64,000 nucleotides of DNA from Candidatus Moraniibacteriota bacterium (GCA_002747515.1 PDPP01000017.1:4392-68391), one strand, 5' to 3'; counted from the first letter of the stretch, positions 19,898 through 28,922 are shown. Notes: a model not told the origin generated them from the sequence alone. Program-made: numbers and translations.

Positions 19898-20182
19898 ATG
19901 AAACAGTATTATGTATATATTTTAGCTAGTCAGAAAAATGGTACTTTGTATATTGGAGTGACGAGTAATTTGCAAAAAAGAGTTTTTGAACATAAAGAAA
20001 AGTTGGTTGCAGGGTTTACAGAAAAGTATAATGTAGATAAATTAGTGTATTTTGAACAAACAGGTGATGTGCAATCTGCACTTTTGAGAGAGAAGCAATT
20101 GAAAAAATGGAATAGGGATTGGAAATTGAAATTAATTGAAGAAAAAAATCCGCAATGGAATGATTTGTATGATTTTTTGTGA
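19898..20182 (+). CDS. Small GIY-YIG domain nuclease (UPF0213/YhbQ-like stand-alone GIY-YIG protein)
   Basis: YVYILASQKNGTLYIGVTSNLQKRVFEHK matches the GIY-YIG catalytic motif. The 94-aa size is typical of stand-alone GIY-YIG proteins. Confidence 0.7.
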   Translation: MKQYYVYILASQKNGTLYIGVTSNLQKRVFEHKEKLVAGFTEKYNVDKLVYFEQTGDVQSALLREKQLKKWNRDWKLKLIEEKNPQWNDLYDFL

Positions 20183-20184
20183 TT

Positions 20185-20512
20185 TTCTGGATTCCCGCAT
20201 GCGCGGGAATGACGAAGTGGACGTGGGAATGACAAGGAGTATAGTGAAAGTCTCTGGATTCCCGCATGCGCGGGAATGACAGGAAGGGTGCGGGAATGAC
20301 ATGGGAGACGTGGGAATAATATGATGTGCGTGAATGAGACGGGGTGTGTGCATGAATGACATGGATTATAGTGAAAGTCTCTGGATTCCCGCCTGCGCGG
20401 GAATGACAGGATGGGTGCGGGAATGACAGGGGAGGGTACGGGAATGACAAGGGGATGTAAGGATGATGTTTTTTATAATTGTGTCATCCCCGCGAAGGCG
20501 GGGATCCAGGGG
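20185..20512 (+). repeat. Repeat island C: three forward palindrome copies (20187, 20254, 20381; loop variant CATG/CTG) plus a terminal ~50-bp module with the inverted core (20486-20510)
   Basis: The island begins 3 nt after the GIY-YIG stop codon. Its terminal module ggatgatgttttttataattgtgtcatccccgcgaaggcggggatccagg is near-identical to 19843-19890 (upstream island B). Confidence 0.8.
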
Positions 20513-20521
20513 GTGTAATGA

Positions 20522-22228
20522 ATGACTAAGAGTGTTATGAAAAAATTTATTTTGAAATATCAGCATGGTATTTTTGCGGTTGTGGGTGCAGTTGTTGTGC
20601 TTTGGCAGATGCTTTTGCCAGGTTATGTTTTGTTGCTTGACTGGATTGCTGGTCCGAGTAATGTATTTTCGTATTATACGCTTTCGGATATTATGCATGC
20701 GCCAAGTACAGGGTTTATATATTTTTTGCAAATGTTTTTATCTGCATGGTTTGTCCAAAAAATATTTTTATTTGGTCTGTTTTTTGTCTTGTTTTATTTT
20801 CCTTTAAAATTTCATCCAAAGGAGATTTTTGATGCAATAGCACAGGATAAACCTACAATTATAAGCGTAAAATATTTTACATCAGTATTTTTTGCATGTA
20901 ATCCTTTTGTATATGAACGGTTTTTAGCGGGACAATGGCGTGTGATTATTGGCTATGCATTTATGTTTCCAATGGTTTATTATCTTTTTAAATTTTGGAA
21001 TAATCGATCATGGCATGCGATGGTCGGTGCTTTTGCAACATTATTTTTTGTGGGTATTTGGTCTGTACATTTTCTTGTGATTGGCGGAATTATGTTTTTG
21101 ATCTATGTATCTATTTTGTTTGTGGCAAATTTGAAAAATAAGGGTGTATTATGGGATGTGAGCAAAAAACTTCTCTTTGGTATTCTTGTTTTTATGGCGT
21201 TTAGCTCTTATTGGATTGTGCCATATATGTTGCAAAATGATAAAACAGTGGAGTATTTCGATGCTAGTCATCAAAAAGCTTTTGCTACAGCAATAGATCC
21301 AAAAGTTGGTGCTTTGGGCAATGTGATAACGCTGCGTGGTTTTTGGGGAGAAAGTCATGCTTGGGCGGATCAATTTGTAATGCCAGGTGATAACACTGTT
21401 GTTTTTTATATGAGTTTTTTTGTGATTATCACACTTAGTATTATTGGTATACGCATACTATGGCGTGATGTGAAAAATCGAGGGTTTGCAGTGTTTTTGG
21501 GTGTTTTTTTTATGTTGAGTGTGATTTTTTCTGCAGGAATTAGTGTAAATTTTTTGTGGAAGATTAATGAATGGCTCTTTGAGAATGTTTCGTTTTGGTC
21601 AGGATTTCGTGATACACAAAAATGGTCCGGCATAAGCGCAATGATTTATGTGCTATTGGCAAGTGTAGGTGTGAATTTACTTGTGCATAGTTGCAAAAAT
21701 CGTCTTGCACAAAAGATAGTATTGGGAGTGTGTTTATTGTTGCCAATTTCACTTGTTTCTAATATGCCTTTTGGATTTAGTGGACAAATTCACTCAGTGC
21801 AGTATCCAGAGCAGTGGCATAAAGTAAATGTTATTTTGAAAAAAGATGACGAATGCAAAATGATTTTTTTGCCATGGCATCAGTATTATTCAGTAAAGTT
21901 CAATAGTGGTATGCTCATTGCTAATCCAGCAAAAAAGTTCTTTGATTGCATTGTTGTGACCGGACATAATACAGAGCTAGGAGGCATTGCCTCAATTGCA
22001 GGAGATGTGAAACACTATCATGAAATGGAATCATTTGTTATGTCAAACAATCCTCAAGATGAATTTATAGAAAAAGGTATTGCGATGTTGCGACAAAATA
22101 ATGTGCGTTATATCGTGTGGACCAATGATTTAGAAGGACATGATTTATATCGTTATCCGTTTCTGCACTCTAGTCAATTGGAAGAGATTTATAATGGTGA
22201 CGGCATTGTGATGTATAAGATTAAATAG
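20522..22228 (+). CDS. Polytopic membrane protein, hypothetical (possible GT-C-like or YfhO-like glycosyltransferase)
   Basis: The protein is 568 aa with more than 10 TM helices in the N-terminal two-thirds and a soluble C-terminal domain. No specific catalytic motif was recognised. Confidence 0.35.
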   Translation: MTKSVMKKFILKYQHGIFAVVGAVVVLWQMLLPGYVLLLDWIAGPSNVFSYYTLSDIMHAPSTGFIYFLQMFLSAWFVQKIFLFGLFFVLFYFPLKFHPKEIFDAIAQDKPTIISVKYFTSVFFACNPFVYERFLAGQWRVIIGYAFMFPMVYYLFKFWNNRSWHAMVGAFATLFFVGIWSVHFLVIGGIMFLIYVSILFVANLKNKGVLWDVSKKLLFGILVFMAFSSYWIVPYMLQNDKTVEYFDASHQKAFATAIDPKVGALGNVITLRGFWGESHAWADQFVMPGDNTVVFYMSFFVIITLSIIGIRILWRDVKNRGFAVFLGVFFMLSVIFSAGISVNFLWKINEWLFENVSFWSGFRDTQKWSGISAMIYVLLASVGVNLLVHSCKNRLAQKIVLGVCLLLPISLVSNMPFGFSGQIHSVQYPEQWHKVNVILKKDDECKMIFLPWHQYYSVKFNSGMLIANPAKKFFDCIVVTGHNTELGGIASIAGDVKHYHEMESFVMSNNPQDEFIEKGIAMLRQNNVRYIVWTNDLEGHDLYRYPFLHSSQLEEIYNGDGIVMYKIK

Positions 22229-22290
22229 CACGGTATTATTGACTAGTGAATTTAAATGAGATAGGCTCAAATTATAATTTTTTATGATTT

Positions 22291-23010
22291 ATGATGAAGA
22301 AAAGAAAATATAAATGGCTAAAAATACTTGTAATTATCGCAAGTATTGGTGTGATTACTTTTGTGGTTTATAACAAAATGCCACAACATAGCAAAGAAGC
22401 TATCATTAACCGATTAACAAGAGGTATTATTGAAACAAAGCAACCAGTAACAGTTGAGAAAAAAGTTGTTGATGCTGTTAACACTAACAGATCACGAACA
22501 GTGAGATTTTACATGCCTTCAAAAGGCGATGTGCAAAATGATAAGCAAAAATTTTTAGCAAAGGGCATAATGTATTCAAAAAATGGCATACTCGTAACAG
22601 CAAGAGGGTATTTCCAAGAAGGAATTTCGTATGAAATTGCGATCCCAGGACAAAAAGAACATGTTGTAGCAGTGCCATTTAATGTTGGAAAAAATTTTGT
22701 TTTTTTTGATATTAAACAAAACATGCCCTTTGTTGCAGAATTAAGTAATTCACCAGTTTCTGTTGGTGATACGGTTGTAGCAATTGGAGGCGAGGAAGAA
22801 GATCAGATTGCAACAGGCGAAGTACGTTTGGTTGAAAGAACTGATCATGACTCTTTTATTGTGACAACCATCCCTTCGCATCAAATGACAATTGGATCAC
22901 CACTTATGAATGAAAAGAGAGAAGTGGTTGGACTATATTTTAAAAAGAGCGTTGATAATAAAGCGGTTTTTGTTTCTGTGCGAGGTGTTGACAAAATAAT
23001 AAATAAATAG
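22291..23010 (+). CDS. Membrane-anchored hypothetical protein, possibly a degenerate trypsin-like (HtrA-type) protease domain
   Basis: N-terminal TM helix. TIGSPLMNEKREVVGLY resembles the GNSGGPL...G(V/I)(N/G) region of S1C proteases. The match is weak. Confidence 0.3.
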   Translation: MMKKRKYKWLKILVIIASIGVITFVVYNKMPQHSKEAIINRLTRGIIETKQPVTVEKKVVDAVNTNRSRTVRFYMPSKGDVQNDKQKFLAKGIMYSKNGILVTARGYFQEGISYEIAIPGQKEHVVAVPFNVGKNFVFFDIKQNMPFVAELSNSPVSVGDTVVAIGGEEEDQIATGEVRLVERTDHDSFIVTTIPSHQMTIGSPLMNEKREVVGLYFKKSVDNKAVFVSVRGVDKIINK

Positions 23011-23102
23011 ATAATTATAGTATATTGTGCGACACTATGTAGTGTGGTATAGTAAATACATATTTAATAAAATAATTATATAAAATATAAAATATAAAAT
23101 AT

Positions 23103-23933
23103 ATGCAAGAAAAGAAAGTGATTAATGTTATGGCAAGTTTGTGCGTTGTAATCAGTATGATGTTTGCATCAACTGTATTCGCAGCTTTAGAAGATGGGGG
23201 AGAAGAGATAATTGAAATTGGTTATGGGGGTAATGATCCAGCATGTACCATGTATGCTGAACCAGATACAATTAATGCAGGGGGAGGAACAACATTACAT
23301 TGGGATGTAAATGAATATACTGTTCGTGCATATCTTCATCCAAAAGGATCGGGGAGTTGGATGCAGGAAGTGCCACTTGATGGATCATGGTGGATTTCTG
23401 GTATTACAGATAGTCGCGTATATACTTTGACAGTGGAAAATGAAGAAGGTGTCACAGCAACATGTGATGCACCTATTACAGTAAATGAAGGAGTAAATGA
23501 AGAACTAACATGTGAGATGTATGCAGATCCATCAACAATTGCACAGAATGGCGGCACAAATCTCGTGTGGAGTTCTACGGGAAATGTGGTGAATGCAAAA
23601 TTGCATCCAACAGGATCAACGTCATATTTTGCAGATGTGAGCGCAAACGGTTCATGGTGGATTTCTGGCATTTCAAATAATCGCAGTTATAGTGTGACAT
23701 TATGGGATGCACAAGGAAATACAGTGACATGTGATGCACCGATTTCTGTAATAGAGGAACAAGAAGAACCTGTGTGTTATGATTGGGACGGAGATGGCTG
23801 GGGATGGGATGGTGAAAAAGGTTGTAAAGTAGAAGCTGTGACAGAAACTGCTGAGTGCTATGACTGGGACGGAGATGGCTGGGGATGGGATGGTGAAAAA
23901 GGCTGTAAAGTGGAGTCTACCGTACAACATTAA
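23103..23933 (+). CDS. Secreted repeat protein: two ~95-aa Cys-framed repeats plus two near-identical 20-aa C-terminal DGDGWGWDGEKGCKVE repeats
   Basis: A signal peptide is present. Repeats begin C(T/E)MYA(E/D)P(D/S)TI and end TCDAPI(T/S)V. The C-terminal tandem DNA repeats (23774-23833 and 23843-23902) are about 90% identical. Confidence 0.5.
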   Translation: MQEKKVINVMASLCVVISMMFASTVFAALEDGGEEIIEIGYGGNDPACTMYAEPDTINAGGGTTLHWDVNEYTVRAYLHPKGSGSWMQEVPLDGSWWISGITDSRVYTLTVENEEGVTATCDAPITVNEGVNEELTCEMYADPSTIAQNGGTNLVWSSTGNVVNAKLHPTGSTSYFADVSANGSWWISGISNNRSYSVTLWDAQGNTVTCDAPISVIEEQEEPVCYDWDGDGWGWDGEKGCKVEAVTETAECYDWDGDGWGWDGEKGCKVESTVQH

Positions 23934-23945
23934 AGAATGCATTAT

Positions 23946-23975
23946 AAAAAACACCCATGTAGATATGGGTGTTTT
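23946..23975 (+). terminator. Rho-independent terminator
   Basis: Hairpin acacccat-gtagat-atgggtgt followed by tttttttg. Confidence 0.6.
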
Positions 23976-24057
23976 TTTGATATATGAAAATAAGTATTTT
24001 GTATGGTTTTTTGTTTTTATTTTGTTGTAAGAAATAATGTTTTGATGCAGTCTTATA

Positions 24058-24280
24058 GTGAAAGTTGCATCATTCTCTGACAAAAGTTATCACTTTTAAA
24101 TTCGTTGTGCGACAGAAGGATATGAGAAGAATATTATTGAATTTTTTCAATAATTATTAGAACTCATCGAGTGTAAATGCTGTCATGAAGTCTGCTTTTT
24201 GATAAAAGTGGAGAATTAATGTGGCAACACGAAATATTCGTCCTTAAATTATTTTTTGAGGATTTTTTATTTTTAAAACA
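24058..24280 (+). promoter_or_regulatory. Degenerate duplicate of the ileS T-box leader (paralogous to 33088-33310), probably a non-functional relic
   Basis: About 80% identical over ~230 nt to the ileS leader, including the GA/K-turn region aggatatgagaagaa, the ATC specifier context (aactcATCg), and the terminator hairpin plus T-run. The T-box consensus is damaged: AATTAATGTGGCAACACG versus the canonical AATTAAGGTGGTACCACG. Confidence 0.55.
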
Positions 24281-24305
24281 ATAGGTATAATATTTAAAAA
24301 AGTAG

Positions 24306-24367
24306 AAATAAAAAAGGAAGATTATACACTTACAATACTGTATAAAACTGACATAAAATAAAAAAAT
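24306..24367 (+). pseudogene. 3'-terminal relic of a paralog of the CE4 deacetylase gene (encodes ...KEDYTLTILYKTDIK*)
   Basis: A 39-nt exact match (cacttacaatactgtataaaactgacataaaataaaaaa) to 8906-8944, the last codons and stop of the deacetylase gene. The upstream codons are also similar (KEEYPLT vs KEDYTLT). Confidence 0.6.
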
Positions 24368-24513
24368 GTGTATGTAATTGCACAGAAATAGAGAATGTTG
24401 TACAATATATATCGGAGGGGTGAGTCTCAAAAAAACAAGCGTTGGACAAGGTCGTAGGCGCTAAAGAGAATCAATCTATCCGCGTAAATCAGTTAAGCAG
24501 GTACTTACACGTT

Positions 24514-24834
24514 ATGGAAAGAGATGCACAATTCGTCGAAGAAGTAGTGAAGATGCTTGTCGACAATCCTGAGGACGTGAAAGTTGATCGTAAAGTTGAC
24601 GAGATGGGCGTACTGATCACTTTGGATGTAAATCCAGAGGATATGGGTATGGTTATCGGTCGCGAAGGTTCTACTGCAAAAGCGCTTCGCACATTACTTC
24701 GTGTAGTGGGTGCGCGTAATAATGCACGTGTGAACTTAAAGATCAATGAGCCAGAGGGTTCTGAACGCCCAGAGAAAAAAGAAGAGGGTGATCAGAAAAC
24801 TCTTGATGAAGTTGTCGGGGATATTCAGATCTAA
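24514..24834 (+). CDS. khpA: KH-domain RNA-binding protein (KhpA/YlqC-like) with an acidic/charged C-terminal extension
   Basis: MERDAQFVEEVVKMLVDNPEDVKVD...EDMGMVIGREGSTAKALRTLL matches the KhpA family pattern (LVDNPEDV; GxxIGxxG KH motif). The ORF is open from 24442, but family alignment favours start at 24514. Confidence 0.6.
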   Translation: MERDAQFVEEVVKMLVDNPEDVKVDRKVDEMGVLITLDVNPEDMGMVIGREGSTAKALRTLLRVVGARNNARVNLKINEPEGSERPEKKEEGDQKTLDEVVGDIQI

Positions 24835-24885
24835 ATTTGAATTCACAACATGAAACGTGATCAAAGGATCGTTTCAATGAAAAAA

Positions 24886-24915
24886 CCATCTGACTTGATG
24901 GTTTTTTTATTTTTG
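24886..24915 (+). terminator. Rho-independent terminator
   Basis: aaccatc-tgacttg-gatggtt followed by tttttttatttt. A second weaker hairpin lies just upstream (gaaacgtgatcaaaggatcgtttc). Confidence 0.55.
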
Positions 24916-25106
24916 AGTTATGTTTATCATAATAGTTTTGGGATATTTTGCAGAAGTTTTTGTATTATTGGAATATTAGGTAATTATGAAACAATATGAA
25001 AATTTGGTGAATTTGTCTTTGTGTGTGGTTATATTTTGGCATAAAATATTTTTCATAAAGTATTTGATTTCGTGACAAGAAATATGTTTTTAATTAAAAT
25101 AATATT

Positions 25107-25754
25107 ATGGCAAATTTCAAAACACACATTAGCTGGGGAGTTGTACTTGCTTTTGTCATGGCAGTTGGTTTTTTGATTTGTTGGAATATTGATATGAGAG
25201 TTTTCATCCTTGTTTTTTCTTCAGCTTTGATTGGTTCTTTTTTGCCAGATGTTGATTCAGATAGTGGTGTACCGTTTCGCATATTATTTTATACACTTAG
25301 TGTAGTTTTGACATTTTTTTCCGTGCATGTACTTATTGCAAAGGAGGTTGTAGGTTTTTGGTTTTTTGTTCTTATACCGCTTACAGTTTTTATCTTTGTG
25401 CGATTTGTTTTGGGAGATATTTTTAAAAAATTTACAAGACATAGAGGGATATGGCATTCGATTCCAGCAGCGATTCTTGCAGGACTTGTGACGATGGTGA
25501 TTGTGTATGAATTGGATTTTTTGAATCGAGGATCATCAGCAGTGCATATAGGTGTGGCGATGTTTGCTGGTTATATGGCACATTTATTTCTCGATGAGGT
25601 TTATGCAAGTGTAAATTTTTCTGGAAAATTATTTAAGCCAAAAAAATCTCTTGGTACTGCGATGAAATGGTATTCGTCTTCACTGATTGTGACAGTGTTT
25701 GTGTATAGCTGTCTTCTAATCTTCTGGTTATTTGCTCTTAAAATACTATTGTAA
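25107..25754 (+). CDS. Membrane-bound metal-dependent hydrolase-like protein (YdjM/DUF457-like)
   Basis: 4-5 TM helices with His/Asp-containing loops (FLPDVDSDSG; RHRGIWHS; AHLFLDE) resembling the YdjM family. Confidence is moderate. Confidence 0.4.
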   Translation: MANFKTHISWGVVLAFVMAVGFLICWNIDMRVFILVFSSALIGSFLPDVDSDSGVPFRILFYTLSVVLTFFSVHVLIAKEVVGFWFFVLIPLTVFIFVRFVLGDIFKKFTRHRGIWHSIPAAILAGLVTMVIVYELDFLNRGSSAVHIGVAMFAGYMAHLFLDEVYASVNFSGKLFKPKKSLGTAMKWYSSSLIVTVFVYSCLLIFWLFALKILL

Positions 25755-25990
25755 AAACGGTAGTGAGTGCATGTATAAGATTATTGATTCAAAGATTATA
25801 GTAACGTGTGAAGTACCTATGCATTTTTTTTGTTTTACTTTTGAGCGGTGTCATTGTAGTATGGATACGATTTTGTTAAAGATTTGTTTTGTAATACATC
25901 TAGTTAAATATATCGATGAAAAATTTTTTGGTTTAAAGTGTGTTGTGATACTTTCATTTGTATTTGATAGTACGTATAAAATAAAAAAAT

Positions 25991-27013
25991 ATGAAGAGAA
26001 AAAAGATTGTGACAATTGGTGGTGGAACAGGATCATTTACATTGCTTAATGGAATTAAAGATTATCAATATGACATTACAGCAATTGTGACAATGGCTGA
26101 TGATGGAGGTTCTACTGGTGTTCTTAGAGATGAACTTGGTGTACTGCCTCCTGGAGATGTTCGTCAATGTCTTGTTGCGTTATCGGATTCTTCTATGAAA
26201 TTGCGTGAGCTTATGAATTATCGATTTGAAGAAGGTGGTTTAGAAGGGCATAATTTTGGCAATCTTTTTCTTTCAGCGCTAGAAAAAATTAATGGTGGGT
26301 TTTCGGAAGGTGTTGATCAAGCGATTGAGATACTTAATGTGCGTGGCAAAGTTGTGCCGGTGAGCGAGGGAGATATGCGACTCAAAATTCGACTTAATGA
26401 TGGGCGTGTTGTAGTTGGAGAAAAAGAGTTGGATGATAATGAAGATGTGCGTAGTACAGGGGTACATGATATTAAACTGGCAAAGATGGTGCATGCAAAT
26501 AAAAAGGCAGTAAAAGCGATTGAGGTGGCAGATTTTATTGTTATTGGACCGGGTGATCATTATGGTAGTATTGTGCCAAATTTACTTGTTGGTGGTATTA
26601 AAAAAGCGATCAAAAAATCACATGCAAAGGTGATATTTGTTGCACCGTTGACGAATAAAAAGGGTTTGACTGATGCATATACCGTCAGTGCCTATGTCAG
26701 TGATATTGAAGATCAGATTGGCATAGGTCAAATAGATTTTGTGATTTGTAATACAAAAGTTCCTCATAAAGATATTCTTGCGCGTTATGAAAAACAAGAG
26801 GGAAAAGATTCTCTTGTTGTGTGTGATGAATATAATCTTAATAACTGCAAAGTTGTAAAAGGTGATATTTTACAAAAAGAAACAACAAAAAACATAAAAG
26901 GAGATAAAATTGCACATACGCGTGCATTTATTCGTCATGATAGTCATAAACTTGCACGTGCAATTGCACTCATTACAGAGTATAATGATTATAGGACATT
27001 TGCTATAGAGTAA
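25991..27013 (+). CDS. YvcK/CofD-like protein (gluconeogenesis factor / UPF0052 family)
   Basis: IVTIGGGTGSFTLLNGIKDY...AIVTMADDGGSTGVLRDELGVLPPGDVRQCLVALS is the hallmark N-terminal region of the YvcK/CofD family. Confidence 0.7.
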   Translation: MKRKKIVTIGGGTGSFTLLNGIKDYQYDITAIVTMADDGGSTGVLRDELGVLPPGDVRQCLVALSDSSMKLRELMNYRFEEGGLEGHNFGNLFLSALEKINGGFSEGVDQAIEILNVRGKVVPVSEGDMRLKIRLNDGRVVVGEKELDDNEDVRSTGVHDIKLAKMVHANKKAVKAIEVADFIVIGPGDHYGSIVPNLLVGGIKKAIKKSHAKVIFVAPLTNKKGLTDAYTVSAYVSDIEDQIGIGQIDFVICNTKVPHKDILARYEKQEGKDSLVVCDEYNLNNCKVVKGDILQKETTKNIKGDKIAHTRAFIRHDSHKLARAIALITEYNDYRTFAIE

Positions 27014-27017
27014 TTTT

Positions 27018-28784
27018 ATGAATGAAAAAAAATTACAAAAATTTCAATATGATCCAAAAGGATTTATTTTTTTTGCTGCAAGGCAAAAAGTATGTCTCGG
27101 TATTATCATATTTATTTGTGTGATTATTGCGCGTGGTGTGTATACAATTGTGCCGTTTATTTCAAAACAAATTACTGATTTATTGACACATTTTAGTGGA
27201 AATTATGATGATTTATATAGGTTGATTTTTTTGCTTTTGATTGCAATGATTGTGAGTATGTTGATATATCGTATTACTGGAATTATCGCAACGATATGGA
27301 TACCATATATTGAAAAATATGCAGCACAAATATCTTTTGATTATTTGATGAGACATGGCGCACAATACTTTTCTAATCGACTCAGTGGAAAGTTGCAAAA
27401 TAAGATATTTAATATCTCACAAGCCATTCATAATATTTTTCCAATTATTTTTTGGAATCTCACAGATTTATGTGTAAAGTTATTTTTTTCTATATTTCTT
27501 GCATTTACAGTGCATTTTTATGTAGGTTGTGTTTTTTTAATCTTTTCTGCAATAACTGTAATTTATAGTATTTTTGTTTCACGAAAACTTGCTAAATATT
27601 CACAAATTTGTGCAGAATCTGCATCAGAATCACGAGGTGTCATGATAGATGTTATTAGTAATATTTTGGCAGTAAAACAAAATGTTGCATTGGAGAGAGA
27701 ATCGCATAATGTGGATAGTGCTTTAGAGGATTATCGTAGAAAGAGTCAAAAAAATTGGAATTTTTTTGAGTGGTCATTACTTTTTAATAACATCATTATT
27801 CTCACGATGTTTTTTGTTGTTTTGATTGTTTCTGTACATTTTTTGCGAGAGGGCGTTGCAACGCCTGGTGATATCGTGATGCTCTTGGTGATTATGATGG
27901 GACTTTATGGTGAATTGCAATTTTTAAGTATGTCGCTTAATCGATTTATGGAGCAATATGGACAATTGCGAGAAGGATTAGAAGAAGTATTTGCGCCATT
28001 TGATATTGTTGATCGTTCTTATGAATGTAAGGATGGTAAAATGTCAAAAGGGGACATTCTGTTTGATCATATCAATTTTAAGTATGAAGACGATGATTCT
28101 CAAGCAGTATTTAAAGATTTATCATTTTCGATACCTTCAGGACAAAAAGTTGGACTTGTGGGAGAGTCTGGTGCAGGAAAGTCAACTTTTGTAAATTTGC
28201 TTTTGCGATTTGTCGAGCCAAATGATGGAGTAATTTTAATTGATGGATGTGATATTTCAAAAATAAAACAAGACACCTTACGAAATGTAGTGGCATATGT
28301 ACCGCAAGATTCGATGCTTTTTCACAGGACGCTTCAAGATAATATTAAATATTCTGATCCACACGTGTCTGATGAGGAAATGATTATTGCAACAAAGCGA
28401 GCGCATGCAGAGAAATTTATAGAAGATTTACCAAAAAAGTATAACACTCTTGTAGGAGAGCGTGGTGTAAAGCTTTCTGGTGGACAAAAGCAACGTGTAA
28501 TGATTGCGCGTGCTATGCTCAAAAAATCTCCAATTCTTGTACTTGATGAAGCAACAAGTGCATTGGACTCTGAGTCAGAAAAGCTAATTCAAGATGCACT
28601 TGAAAAACTAATGGAAGATCGTACAACTATTGTAATTGCACATAGATTGAGTACGCTTAAGAAAATGGATCGTATTGTCGTATTTGATAATGGAAAAATC
28701 ATTGAGGATGGCACGCACAAAGAATTACTCGAGAAAAGAGGAAAATATTATGATCTCTGGCAATATCAAACAGGAGAAATGTAA
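27018..28784 (+). CDS. ABC transporter, fused permease/ATP-binding protein (MsbA-like exporter)
   Basis: Six N-terminal TM helices. Walker A GESGAGKST, ABC signature LSGGQKQR, and Walker B ILVLDEATSALD. Confidence 0.8.
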   Translation: MNEKKLQKFQYDPKGFIFFAARQKVCLGIIIFICVIIARGVYTIVPFISKQITDLLTHFSGNYDDLYRLIFLLLIAMIVSMLIYRITGIIATIWIPYIEKYAAQISFDYLMRHGAQYFSNRLSGKLQNKIFNISQAIHNIFPIIFWNLTDLCVKLFFSIFLAFTVHFYVGCVFLIFSAITVIYSIFVSRKLAKYSQICAESASESRGVMIDVISNILAVKQNVALERESHNVDSALEDYRRKSQKNWNFFEWSLLFNNIIILTMFFVVLIVSVHFLREGVATPGDIVMLLVIMMGLYGELQFLSMSLNRFMEQYGQLREGLEEVFAPFDIVDRSYECKDGKMSKGDILFDHINFKYEDDDSQAVFKDLSFSIPSGQKVGLVGESGAGKSTFVNLLLRFVEPNDGVILIDGCDISKIKQDTLRNVVAYVPQDSMLFHRTLQDNIKYSDPHVSDEEMIIATKRAHAEKFIEDLPKKYNTLVGERGVKLSGGQKQRVMIARAMLKKSPILVLDEATSALDSESEKLIQDALEKLMEDRTTIVIAHRLSTLKKMDRIVVFDNGKIIEDGTHKELLEKRGKYYDLWQYQTGEM

Positions 28785-28922
28785 ATATATGTACGAATCT
28801 CGTTTTGCATTTTTAATTAAAGAGTTATAAAAATTTTATTGATTTTGATGATTTGTGAAAATAAAAAACCTTACATGAGTTTGTATCATTTGTTTGATAA
28901 CAATAGTCATGTGAGGCGTGAC

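Noticed and set aside
19898-20182. GIY-YIG ORF as part of a group I intron or intein (homing endonuclease)
   Set aside because: It is not inserted in a host gene and has no flanking intron-like structure. It lacks the DNA-binding extension of homing endonucleases and is a stand-alone 94-aa GIY-YIG, as in YhbQ-like proteins. Its association with the repeats is noted as a finding, but a homing intron is not supported.
18777-20512. CRISPR array (regularly spaced 28-nt repeats)
   Set aside because: Spacing is irregular (22 to ~65 nt). The 'spacers' are themselves built of sub-repeats (GGGAATGACA-GGG) and recur between units. The in-gene copies have a fixed 48-nt period with near-identical 20-nt linkers. 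No cas genes are present. It is better explained as a REP/MITE-like palindromic repeat family.
25732-26049. 105-aa ORF between the YdjM-like gene and the yvcK-like gene
   Set aside because: It overlaps the well-supported yvcK-like start and spans an AT-rich intergenic region. It has no RBS and an odd Cys/Phe-rich composition, so it is likely spurious.
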